Source of the DNA: an uncultured virus (IMG/VR IMGVR_UViG_3300010346_002377) | Taxonomy: Duplodnaviria; Heunggongvirae; Uroviricota; Caudoviricetes | Strand: one strand, 5' to 3' | IMG/VR virus record: IMGVR_UViG_3300010346_002377 | Length of the DNA stretch: 20,000 nt | Shown: positions 1 to 8,130 of the stretch, in pieces | Position numbering within the stretch: the stretch's first letter is position 1 | Layout: every line of letters starts with the position of its first letter | Translations under genes and position numbers: made by a program | The notes under the pieces: generated by a model | Seen by the model: the letters and a program-made list of their open reading frames with translations, nothing else | What the model was told of the DNA's origin: nothing | Databases searched by the model: none

Positions 1-1
1 C

Positions 2-1060
2 ACGCGGTCCAACAACTACGAAGCAAAGTTCATTTTCCGCAACTGGGCGGCCATGTATCTGTACGCGCTGATGCTGGTGCCGACGATAATGCAGGCCGCC
101 ATATATGGGCTTAGCCGGGCGCTCCCCGACCCGGACGACCCGGAAGAGCTGAAAGCGATGCAGGACGACCGGATGCTGGCGTGGAACAACGAGCACGGAA
201 AAGGCGGGTTCTTCCCGTCGATCGACTACACGCCGCTTGCCCGCAGGCTTCGCACGCTGTTTGGCCAAGAGTACAAGGGCGCCCCGACGGGCAAGCGGCG
301 AATCTACTTCCGGTTTGGCAAGCAAAGCTACGAAGTGCTGGACGGGTGGCTGCAAGACCCCGTAGCCACGGCGGGGCGCAAGTCGTCGATGCTCGTCAAG
401 GTGGCCTGGGAACAGCTGTTCAACCACTCCCCGGGGTCCCCCGACTTCAAGCTGCCCTTCGACAGCGTAGGATTTTTGGCGGGGCTGGCCGGAAGCGACG
501 TCGGCTTCCGCGGGTCGCGCATTGCTACTTTGCTGTCCAAGCTGCTTCCGATGTCCTTGTCGTCGATCGCGACGAACCCGGACGCAGGGGTGCTGGTGGC
601 CCTGGTTGCGCCCGCGTCGAAGGGCATGAGCCAAACCCGGGCGATCCAGGCGGCGCAGGCGGCCCTGGAGGAGGCCGCGGAGCACAAGCCTGTAGGGAAG
701 TTCCGCGGGCGCCCCGCGCAGCCAATAAACAAGCTGGCGGTGGCCTCGGCAGAAATGGACGCGGCCGCGCGCAACGGGTACGACGTGGACACGATCCTGA
801 CCTCGGCGTATGGGGCGGTAGCGCCCAAATACTACGCCAAGTTCTACGAAGCCTACTTGTCCGGCGACACGGCGGCCTTGTCCGGCGCGGCGAAGGCGCT
901 CGTGCGTCTCGGGGCCACGACGAAGGGGCTCGTTCAATCGACCGAAGGCCGGAATAAAAAAACCGGAAGGGGCAAGCTGACCGACGAGGAGAAGGCCGTG
1001 CTGGTCGAGGCGTTCAACAACGCGGTCCCTCCGCTCCTGCAGACTTTAACAAAGGAATAG
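2..1060 (+). CDS. C-terminal part of a large phage protein, possibly an internal virion / DNA-ejection protein (5' truncated by the window)
   Basis: Frame is open from base 2 (TRSNNYEAKFIFRNWAAMYLY...) to TAG at 1058-1060. Ala-rich and helical. The function is inferred only from composition and its position at the end of a + strand block. Confidence 0.5.
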   Translation, partial: TRSNNYEAKFIFRNWAAMYLYALMLVPTIMQAAIYGLSRALPDPDDPEELKAMQDDRMLAWNNEHGKGGFFPSIDYTPLARRLRTLFGQEYKGAPTGKRRIYFRFGKQSYEVLDGWLQDPVATAGRKSSMLVKVAWEQLFNHSPGSPDFKLPFDSVGFLAGLAGSDVGFRGSRIATLLSKLLPMSLSSIATNPDAGVLVALVAPASKGMSQTRAIQAAQAALEEAAEHKPVGKFRGRPAQPINKLAVASAEMDAAARNGYDVDTILTSAYGAVAPKYYAKFYEAYLSGDTAALSGAAKALVRLGATTKGLVQSTEGRNKKTGRGKLTDEEKAVLVEAFNNAVPPLLQTLTKE

Positions 1061-1062
1061 CG

Positions 1063-1118
1063 CCCCGGCGACCGGGCGACCAGGCGACCTCCTGCGCCGA
1101 TCGCTTGGCTCGCCGGGG
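1063..1118 (+). other. GC-rich hairpin after the large ORF (possible terminator or processing site)
   Basis: ccccggcga (1063-1071) pairs with tcgccgggg (1110-1118). The inner arms can also pair with G-U pairs. No clear U-tract. Confidence 0.4.
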
Positions 1119-1133
1119 ACATTGTGTTAGGAT
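1105..1133 (+). promoter_or_regulatory. possible sigma70-type promoter for the 1170 ORF
   Basis: TTGGCT-N17-TAGGAT with TG extended -10 at 1125-1126. Confidence 0.3.
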
Positions 1134-1169
1134 GTTTGTTGCGGGCAGCCCGCGAAGAAAGGAAAAATC

Positions 1170-1475
1170 ATGATTGGGAAACTGGTGAAGAGAGCCGCTG
1201 TGTCGGCGGCGCAGGCGAAGTACGACAGGATCAAGGCGAAGAACGACGCGGCGGGGCGGCCGTCCGGCCCTCGCCCGGGCACGGTGTACAGCCCGAAGGG
1301 GCCGCAGACGCGCGGCCCAGAAGCCTCCCGCGGCGGGCTGGCGCAGTTCGGGACCCGGGCCATCGACCGAATGAACGACAACGCCGGCATGCTCCGCAGC
1401 TTCGCGAACAAAAAGCCCGGCCTGACGGGGCAACGCAAGGCGCAGCTGAAGGCGCTGTACCGCGCGTCGAGGTAG
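1170..1475 (+). CDS. small, strongly basic hypothetical protein
   Basis: 101-aa ORF with AAAGGA RBS before the ATG, Lys/Arg-rich. Confidence 0.7.
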   Translation: MIGKLVKRAAVSAAQAKYDRIKAKNDAAGRPSGPRPGTVYSPKGPQTRGPEASRGGLAQFGTRAIDRMNDNAGMLRSFANKKPGLTGQRKAQLKALYRASR

Positions 1476-1478
1476 CCC

Positions 1479-1862
1479 GTGGCCTACGACCCCGCCATCC
1501 CGACGATCCGGCAGATGCCGGAAGCGAAGCTCGGGTCGATCCCCGGGTACCCGTCCGCGGGGTCGATGTACGAGCCCGACCGGGCGCCCTTGCTGAATCT
1601 CGGCACGGGCCCCCGGTTGCCTTCTCAACCGGTTCCCATGAACCGGGCCGCCGAGCCGTTCCTGGCCTCGTTTCGCAGCGTGTCGCAGCCGGCGATCGAG
1701 GAGGCGGCGAATCCGTGGGACGCGGCGGGCGCCGCGCTGGAGAAGGAGTGGAGGACGAAGTATCGCAACGCCGTGCCGGAGGTGGCGACGGAGGCGTTCC
1801 AACCGACGAGAAAAAAAATAACCCCGCCTCCCTCGAACCGAGGAAAGCGGGGCACCGGGTAA
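1479..1862 (+). CDS. Pro-rich hypothetical protein
   Basis: GTG start 3 nt after the previous stop, GAGGT upstream, 127 aa. Confidence 0.6.
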   Translation: MAYDPAIPTIRQMPEAKLGSIPGYPSAGSMYEPDRAPLLNLGTGPRLPSQPVPMNRAAEPFLASFRSVSQPAIEEAANPWDAAGAALEKEWRTKYRNAVPEVATEAFQPTRKKITPPPSNRGKRGTG

Positions 1863-1871
1863 CCGGGTAGC

Positions 1872-1967
1872 CTAGCGGCCCTTCTTCGCGGGCATCTTCT
1901 TGGCGGCCTTCTTGGCGACGGGCTTCGCAGCCTTCTTCGCAACGGCCTTTTTCACGGGCTTCTTCAT
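1872..1967 (-). CDS. histone H1-like Lys/Ala/Pro-rich peptide (31 aa), absent from the ORF track
   Basis: Translates to MKKPVKKAVAKKAAKPVAKKAAKKMPAKKGR*. AGGAG RBS upstream (caggagaaatccacaATG), TAG stop. Confidence 0.75.
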   Translation of the reverse strand: MKKPVKKAVAKKAAKPVAKKAAKKMPAKKGR

Positions 1968-2042
1968 TGTGGATTTCTCCTGTTTGTGCTTTGGCCCGTC
2001 GTGCCCGGCGGACCTGGTTTGCTTCTTGCCGGGGCACCGGTG

Positions 2043-2693
2043 CTATTCTTCGGAATCCTCGTCGACGTCGATCGTCTGGAGCTCCGGGTTGACTTGCATG
2101 GGCCCGATCTTCTGGCGCTGGGCCGGGCCGGCGCCGAGGTTGAACGAGATCAGCGGGCGCTTGTTGTTGGCGGCCGCGGCCTTCGCCAGGGCCTCCACCA
2201 TGGGCGCCTGCTGCTGGTTGCCGGACAGGCTGACGGAGCGCGCGCCGACGGCGCTGGACTTCTCCAGCACCTCGGAGAGCGTACGCAGCGTACTGATCGA
2301 CTTCTTCAGGTCCTCGCAGACGTTTTGGAAGTCGGGCGAGTCCGGGTCCTGCACCTTCTCCGCGAGCTTGCCTACGATGTCGACGAGCTTGTTGGAAATT
2401 TCAAGGTGCTTCTCGGCGGTGGGCACGCGGTTCTTCAGCAGGAAGTCGACGTACGCCGCCTGCTCCGCCCGCTGCGCCTCCGCGATCGCGGTCTTCTTCA
2501 ACTCCACCAGCCCGAACTGCTTCAGCGCCAGCTTCACCACGGCCGTTGAAACGCCGATGTGCATGCCGATGTCCGTGATCGACATGTTCGTGTTCATGTA
2601 GTCGTGGGTCAGCTTCGTGACCGCGTCGACGGACATGTCGAGCGGTTTCTCGGGCGTCTCGAAGTCGAACGGGACTGGAAGAGTCTCGGCCAT
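2043..2693 (-). CDS. hypothetical protein with putative N-terminal HTH and coiled coil (terminase small subunit-like architecture possible)
   Basis: MSITDIGMHIGVSTAVVKLALKQFG resembles an HTH, followed by a helical middle and an acidic tail. Confidence 0.55.
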   Translation of the reverse strand: MAETLPVPFDFETPEKPLDMSVDAVTKLTHDYMNTNMSITDIGMHIGVSTAVVKLALKQFGLVELKKTAIAEAQRAEQAAYVDFLLKNRVPTAEKHLEISNKLVDIVGKLAEKVQDPDSPDFQNVCEDLKKSISTLRTLSEVLEKSSAVGARSVSLSGNQQQAPMVEALAKAAAANNKRPLISFNLGAGPAQRQKIGPMQVNPELQTIDVDEDSEE

Positions 2694-2696
2694 CGT

Positions 2697-2972
2697 CTAG
2701 CCCGCGGTGACCTTGTAGTCCGTGCGGGGCACGGCCGTGACCTTGCGAACCCCGACGTAGCGGACGAGCTGGTACTCGCCGGCGTCGAGGCGGCCCTCGC
2801 CCATCCACGCCTCGACCTCGTCGAGCGTCGTCATCGTCTCGGGCGGCTGCGCGGGGACGAGCTCGAGCATTCCGTCTGGCTTGGCCCGGAGGATGCGGAT
2901 CGGGGAGCTGCGGCGCCCGGCGCGGGGCTTGGCCTCGGCTGCGGCTTCTGCGGTTGCGGTTTCTTCGTTCAT
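2697..2972 (-). CDS. hypothetical protein
   Basis: AAGGAG RBS favours the ATG at 2972 (MNEETATAE...) over 3020. Confidence 0.65.
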   Translation of the reverse strand: MNEETATAEAAAEAKPRAGRRSSPIRILRAKPDGMLELVPAQPPETMTTLDEVEAWMGEGRLDAGEYQLVRYVGVRKVTAVPRTDYKVTAG

Positions 2973-3018
2973 GTTTCTGGTCTCCTTGCGGCCGGGTTGT
3001 GCGGCCATTGTTCTGCTC

Positions 3019-3046
3019 ATGTTATCACGCGCCCGGAATTTGGCAA
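3019..3046 (-). promoter_or_regulatory. possible sigma70-type promoter
   Basis: TTGCCA-N16-TAACAT with TG extended -10. Confidence 0.4.
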
Positions 3047-3330
3047 GCGGAGATTCCGCCTTTCCATCCGAGCTCGTCTTCCGTGCGGTAGTTGATCGCC
3101 GCGTGGAAATCTTCGTCCCCGTCGTCCACGCGAATCGTGGACACCAGCGCGCGTCCGACGAACTCCGGCAGCGGCAGCGCGGCGTCGAAGGGGCGCGGCG
3201 CGTAGCTCTGCGTGCGGCTTCGCCAGCCGTCCGGGTCCATGATCGTCACGCCGAGCAGCGCTTCCCACCCGGAAGGCGGCAGCTCCAGCTTCAGCATCGC
3301 GTCGTATTTTTTTCTGGTCATCGAGGGCAT
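3025..3330 (-). CDS. hypothetical protein
   Basis: 101-aa ORF directly after the primase stop; contains IMDPDGW. Confidence 0.6.
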   Translation of the reverse strand: MPSMTRKKYDAMLKLELPPSGWEALLGVTIMDPDGWRSRTQSYAPRPFDAALPLPEFVGRALVSTIRVDDGDEDFHAAINYRTEDELGWKGGISACQIPGA

Positions 3331-3334
3331 CGTT

Positions 3335-5578
3335 TTATCCTTGGGTTGCGGGTTTCGCTTCGTCCACGTCGAACGGGACTTCGTCGTTGTATTCCCCGAG
3401 CAGGTCGTACGGCATCGTCCACAGCGTCGAGTTCGTCTTCGCGTCCTTCCCCTGCGTCAGCGGTAGCAGCTTTCGGGCGTAGACGTGGCTCAGCTGGTAG
3501 CTGAGCGCCTTCACGTTCTTGAACTCCCGGACGAACGCGCCGTTGGCCTCGTTCAGGATGCTGTACAGCTCGGCCGTCGTCCCGCGCCACAGCTTGTGCT
3601 TGCGGTTCTCCGGGTCGGCGACCAGCAGCGACTTCATCACGCGGATCAGGAACTCGGACAGGATGCCCGGGGGCCCCTGTTGCAGCGCGGTCATCATCAG
3701 GTCGCGGTGGTGGAACGCGTCCAGCGTGAACCGGGTGCGCTCGGACAGCAGGTGCTCGGGGTAGGGCCAGTCCAGCAGAAACCGGGCGAACCACGGAAGC
3801 TCCTTGCGAAGCTGCTCCTTCATGTCCCGGCGGCGCCCGAACTTGAACAGGCGGTTCGACGTCTTGTACAGTGAGATCTTGTCCTTCGTGGAGATGTCCA
3901 TGTTGGGCAGGATGCTCAGCGACTCGGAGTCCTCGTTGCACGACACGATCACGCGCCCGAACCAAGGGAGCTCGCCTTCCTTGCGGTACTTCTGCGCCGA
4001 GCGCAGCGTGGCGTTGGCGGCCAGCTTCTTCAGCTTGTTCGTCATCAGCGTGACCGTTTTGTAGTCGGCCGTGGCGGAGCCGTCGGCCACGAAGATCACG
4101 GGCGACGCCGTAAGGTCCGCCGTCCACTTGCTGTCTTCCACGAGGTACGACGAGCCATCCATGCACCCGCCCATCAGCGTTCCGAAGATGGCTTCCGTGA
4201 AGAACGATTTGCCGCGGTCCGGAGGTCCGGCGAGGTACACGACCAGCCCCGTCTCCGGGTTCAGGTTGACGCCGCACTCGTACGAGTGCTTCATCCACGC
4301 CATCAAATGGAGCAGCTGCCCCTGGGGGTCCTCGCCGTTGTCGTCCGTGAACAGGGTCGACATGAACTCGTGTATAAGGGGGAACCGCGCCGGCCCGTCG
4401 GACCACTCCATGTTTCGCCCGATATGCGGCATCGCGGCCATCGGCATCCGCGACCCCGTGTTCAAAAACCGCTTCCCATCGCTCATTTCGACTATCCCTT
4501 CCGCGTGGTGCAGGATGCTCCCGTACCCGCTAACTCTGTTTAACCTGCGTATCTGTCCCTCGATCCGGTCGATTTCCGACTTGGTGTCGCCCTTCGCGAT
4601 CTTCCCGGAGAAGTTCATGTTGCGAAGCTGCTGCGCGAACTCGTTCTCCTTCCAGGCCAGCCACTGCTTCGACTCCGGGTCCCGCATGATGAACCGGCTC
4701 TCTTCGTCGGAGTAGTACGTGTTGTTGTTGACCACCTCGGTTTTGTTCGCGGCGAACTGCGCCACGAACTGCGACCCGAAGATTTTCTCCCACGACAGAA
4801 ACGCCTGTTCGCCGGAGTACGCCATCATGCCGTCCTTGCGTACCTGCGCGCCCGTCGGGTTGTCCGCGGACGGATCCCAGAACCGGATTCCGCGGGCCCC
4901 CTCGACGAACGGACCGGACCACCGGTTGGGGTACTTTTCCGCCACGGCTTCGGCGACGGCCTCCAGCGGTATCGCGAACTCGCGCGTGCCCTCCCACAGC
5001 TCGAGGTTCTTGGTGGCCTCCCACATCCAGAATGAGATCAGGGAGTGCGGCAGCTTGCGCTTTCCCATCTCCACCCAGGGGTACCCCGCCGCATAGTATT
5101 GGGTCGTGTTTGCCAGCAGCCCGGAGTCCATGCCCTGCAGCCACTTGTTCAGCTTCAGCTCCTTGTGCAGCCGGGCCGTGAACGCGGTGAGCATCTTCTG
5201 GCTCCCGACCGGGATCGGCTTCTCGAACAGCCAATACAGCTTCGCCCCTCCGCTGAAGGACACGGAGCCGTAGTTGGGAACGAACTCGCCCTCCGGGTTT
5301 TCGACGAGGCCGCGCAGCTGGTCCGTCGTGCAGTTCTTGTAGTCGTAGTCGACAATAAGACCGTGCATGAGCACCGGAGGGTTGTCCTTCGTGATGCGGA
5401 CGTTCGGGCTCGTGCCCTCGAACAAGGACAGGAAGCTGTAGTCGGTGGCCAAATGCGCCACCCACTTCTTGTACGCGTCCTTCGTCGTGATGTGGTCCGG
5501 CACTTTCGCCGAAACCTCCCACGGCGCCTCTATCAAATCGGCGGACTGCGCCGACATGTTTTTTAGCGAGAAAAACAC
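3335..5578 (-). CDS. primase-helicase (N-terminal AEP/prim-pol-like domain, C-terminal SF3/D5-like P-loop NTPase)
   Basis: hhhDxD motif (GLIVDYD), SFSGGAKLYW motif, Walker A GPPDRGKS, Walker B-like VIFVAD, motif C-like IVSCN. Likely GTG start at 5578 with GGAGG overlapping the polymerase stop. Confidence 0.85.
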   Translation of the reverse strand: MFFSLKNMSAQSADLIEAPWEVSAKVPDHITTKDAYKKWVAHLATDYSFLSLFEGTSPNVRITKDNPPVLMHGLIVDYDYKNCTTDQLRGLVENPEGEFVPNYGSVSFSGGAKLYWLFEKPIPVGSQKMLTAFTARLHKELKLNKWLQGMDSGLLANTTQYYAAGYPWVEMGKRKLPHSLISFWMWEATKNLELWEGTREFAIPLEAVAEAVAEKYPNRWSGPFVEGARGIRFWDPSADNPTGAQVRKDGMMAYSGEQAFLSWEKIFGSQFVAQFAANKTEVVNNNTYYSDEESRFIMRDPESKQWLAWKENEFAQQLRNMNFSGKIAKGDTKSEIDRIEGQIRRLNRVSGYGSILHHAEGIVEMSDGKRFLNTGSRMPMAAMPHIGRNMEWSDGPARFPLIHEFMSTLFTDDNGEDPQGQLLHLMAWMKHSYECGVNLNPETGLVVYLAGPPDRGKSFFTEAIFGTLMGGCMDGSSYLVEDSKWTADLTASPVIFVADGSATADYKTVTLMTNKLKKLAANATLRSAQKYRKEGELPWFGRVIVSCNEDSESLSILPNMDISTKDKISLYKTSNRLFKFGRRRDMKEQLRKELPWFARFLLDWPYPEHLLSERTRFTLDAFHHRDLMMTALQQGPPGILSEFLIRVMKSLLVADPENRKHKLWRGTTAELYSILNEANGAFVREFKNVKALSYQLSHVYARKLLPLTQGKDAKTNSTLWTMPYDLLGEYNDEVPFDVDEAKPATQG

Positions 5579-5589
5579 GGCGGTTCCTC

Positions 5590-7479
5590 CTACTTGGTGT
5601 ACCGGTCGTGGACGCCCCATTCCGTTTCAAGCGGGCAGTCCCCCAGCCACGGGGACGACGTCGTCATCAGGCGGGAGATTTCCTCTCCGTACTCCTGCGC
5701 GTTCTTTTCCGGAACCTCCGCCACGACTTCGTCGTAGATCGTGAACACCACGCGGCAGTCGTCGAGCTCCTCGATCTTCGGCACGCAGTCCGACAGGACG
5801 TCGTACCCGGTCGCCTGCATGATGTTCTCCGTGATGCGCCCGGCAAACAGGCGCTGGGCCTGCTCGCCATTCAGCATGCTGGCGTAGATGTCCGTGCGCG
5901 GCTTCCCGGTGTCGGGGTCTTCCGTCGTCTCGAAGTGCGGATCGAAGTACGTGATCCAGCGGCCCGATTTCAGCTGCACCCGGTGCGTCGCGTCGCCCTG
6001 CGTGGCGCTGTTCGTCAGGCACATCTGGTGCTTGAACCAGAACTGCGTGATGAGAGGCGACTTGTTGCGGAACGTGAAGATGGCCTCCCGGGCTTGTTTC
6101 TCCGTAGGCCGGTAGGCGCCGCCTGTCAGCACGGGCGCCTGTTGCATGAACCGCTTCCAGCCCATCTGGTACCCGGCCCCCAGCACGAGGGCCTTCACCA
6201 TCGCGTAGGTCGCCGGGTCCGAGTGCTTCAGCCCCTTCGTGTTCTTGAGCCCGAGCAGCTGCGTGGCGCGGGCCTCGTAGATGTTGTAGCCCTCGCGGAT
6301 CAGGTTTATGGTTTCCGTGTCGCCGGCGTACGCGAGCAACAACCGCGCCTCGACCTGCGAAAAGTCAGCGATGATGAACTTGTGCCCCTTGCGCGGAACG
6401 ATCATGTGCCGCAGGTTCACGCCTTGCAGCTCGCCCTTCGGCAGGTTGTACAGGTTGAACTTCTCTCCGGAGTCGTCGTTGGAGCTGCGGCGCTTTGCCC
6501 CGGCCGTCAAGCGACCGCTGTGCGCCCCGAAGTAGACGGACTGGTACGGCGCCGTGCCGTCCGGCCGCGCGAGGGCGCGCAGCGTCTCGACCTTCTTGAG
6601 CAGGGTGTTCGCCTGCCGGTAGTCCCGGTATGCCCGCACCCACGGGAACTCGTCGGCGTACTTGGCGTAGAACTCCTGCGCCTTCTCGTCGCCCTTGGCG
6701 AGGCTGGCGGGCGCCTTGATCCCGACGGCGCGGGCCTGTCGCCTAAACGCGATCGGGGACAGCGGCTTGTCGTCCGGGTACCACGGGAGCGCCCGCTTGT
6801 TTTCGAACTCGGCCTTGGACAGCAGGTCGAACCCGGCCTCCACGAGTTCGGCGTCGGTGGCGAACCCGCGCCACGCGGCTTCCCGGTTCCATTCGCTGAA
6901 CGCTTGCTCCTTTACGGGCCAGTCGGCCAGATGGTCGGATGCTACGCGCCGGCTCCAATGGGCGTCGACGCCGCCGGCGGCCACGATGCGCGGCCACGCG
7001 GGGTCCGCCTTCAGCTGTTCGCGGGTCTTGCCCTTGGCGTCGTGGCGGTACTCCTTCGACACGTTCTCCCCATACAGCTGCTTAACGGTGTTTTGCAGGG
7101 AGCGGTACACGCGGAGGTACGCGGCGAGGTCGGCGGTGCAGGCCCAGCGGGCCGGGTTGCAATCGGCCGGGATTATCCCGTCTTTCTGTGCCCGCCGCCA
7201 GACGAGCGCGTCGAACGAGGCGTTGTGGGCCACGGCCAGCTTTCCGTCGAGCCGGTGCCATTCGGCGAAGTCGCGCGGGTCGCCGCACCATTCCCAGTCC
7301 GGGCCCTTGAACGCCACGAGGTACGGAGCGGTCTGCGGGTGGAACACGTAGGCGTACGGGTTCATTTCGCGCAGGGAAACTTCGTCGTCGTAATAGGTTT
7401 CGAAGTCCACCGCCACGCATTCGGCGATTTCTTTCGGGGAGTTCCACGCGGAACGGTCTACCTGGGTTTTTTGGATCAC
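5590..7479 (-). CDS. phage family A DNA polymerase with 3'-5' exonuclease domain
   Basis: ExoI DFET, ExoII HNASFD, SGRL, motif A DFSQVEAR, motif B KALVLGAGY, ENIMQA, motif C IYDE. AAGGAGG RBS and GTG start. Confidence 0.93.
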   Translation of the reverse strand: MIQKTQVDRSAWNSPKEIAECVAVDFETYYDDEVSLREMNPYAYVFHPQTAPYLVAFKGPDWEWCGDPRDFAEWHRLDGKLAVAHNASFDALVWRRAQKDGIIPADCNPARWACTADLAAYLRVYRSLQNTVKQLYGENVSKEYRHDAKGKTREQLKADPAWPRIVAAGGVDAHWSRRVASDHLADWPVKEQAFSEWNREAAWRGFATDAELVEAGFDLLSKAEFENKRALPWYPDDKPLSPIAFRRQARAVGIKAPASLAKGDEKAQEFYAKYADEFPWVRAYRDYRQANTLLKKVETLRALARPDGTAPYQSVYFGAHSGRLTAGAKRRSSNDDSGEKFNLYNLPKGELQGVNLRHMIVPRKGHKFIIADFSQVEARLLLAYAGDTETINLIREGYNIYEARATQLLGLKNTKGLKHSDPATYAMVKALVLGAGYQMGWKRFMQQAPVLTGGAYRPTEKQAREAIFTFRNKSPLITQFWFKHQMCLTNSATQGDATHRVQLKSGRWITYFDPHFETTEDPDTGKPRTDIYASMLNGEQAQRLFAGRITENIMQATGYDVLSDCVPKIEELDDCRVVFTIYDEVVAEVPEKNAQEYGEEISRLMTTSSPWLGDCPLETEWGVHDRYTK

Positions 7480-7507
7480 GTTTGCCTCCTTGGCATTTTT
7501 GGTTTAC

Positions 7508-7633
7508 TGGCCCACCTTGGGCCAAAGTTGGGAGCCCCTCGCCGTGGACAACGCGGGACAGGCGAAACGGGAGTTTCGTATGACGCGTCGGCGAGGGGCA
7601 AAATTCATCGGCCTGTCCTTTCTGCGGTGTCCA
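7508..7633 (-). other. structured 5' leader of the polymerase gene (pseudoknot or switch-like pairing)
   Basis: Perfect 11-bp (7534-7544/7589-7599) and 8-bp (7556-7563/7611-7618) complementary pairs are interleaved, with a further 6-bp extension and small hairpins. Confidence 0.5.
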
Positions 7634-7646
7634 ACCGTGTGCGCAC

Positions 7647-7673
7647 ATTATGCCAAGAGCTCGGCCCCGTCAA
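7647..7673 (-). promoter_or_regulatory. putative promoter for the polymerase/primase genes
   Basis: TTGACG-N15-CATAAT with TG extended -10 and an A/T tract upstream. The spacer is short. Confidence 0.5.
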
Positions 7674-7723
7674 GGGCAATTTGAAAAAATTTTTCGGGCT
7701 CGCTCCCGCGAGCGGCGCGGGAG

Positions 7724-7761
7724 AAAAAAAAAGCCACCAAACGCTTGAGGCGTCTGGTGGC
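7724..7761 (-). terminator. rho-independent terminator
   Basis: GCCACCAGACGC-CTCAA-GCGTTTGGTGGC followed by T9. Confidence 0.85.
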
Positions 7762-7766
7762 CGCGG

Positions 7767-8063
7767 TTATTTGTTGAAACACTCTTCGGGAACGGCGTCG
7801 GCGCACCCGTCGCAAACGTACCCGGTTCCGATCTTTCGGGTGCCGGGCGCGTTGCATCGGATGCACTGTTTGCTGGTTGCCTTGGTTGTGAGGTCGGTTC
7901 CGCAAATCGGGCACCGGCTGAAGTTCAAGGCGTGTTCCCCGGGCTCCTGCTCGAACCGCAAAGAAGGTTCGAACGTGAGCCCGTGGATGCACTTGTCCGT
8001 TTCCTTGTGGAGCGAAACGGCGCTGCTCATCAGCGAGCGGGACAGCAACAATCGTTGGTCCAT
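7767..8063 (-). CDS. small Cys-rich putative zinc-binding protein
   Basis: CxH plus three CxxC pairs; AAAGGA RBS. Confidence 0.65.
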   Translation of the reverse strand: MDQRLLLSRSLMSSAVSLHKETDKCIHGLTFEPSLRFEQEPGEHALNFSRCPICGTDLTTKATSKQCIRCNAPGTRKIGTGYVCDGCADAVPEECFNK

Positions 8064-8077
8064 CGTGGGGTCCTTTC

Positions 8078-8114
8078 AAAAATGTCCCCGCCCCGGCCGA
8101 AGCCGGGACGGGGA
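8078..8114 (-). terminator. probable terminator hairpin with cUUCGg tetraloop
   Basis: CCCCGTCCCGGC-TTCG-GCCGGGGCGGGG then ACATTTT, just after the 8131 stop. Confidence 0.6.
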
Positions 8115-8130
8115 GCTGTTCAACGACTAC

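Noticed and set aside
7556..7618. Hammerhead-like look on the - strand (stem-CCGAUGA...GAAAC-UCCC-GUUUC-stem)
   Set aside because: The core is CCGAUGA rather than CUGANGA, there is no proper stem II, and the NUH cleavage triplet does not sit in register with stem I
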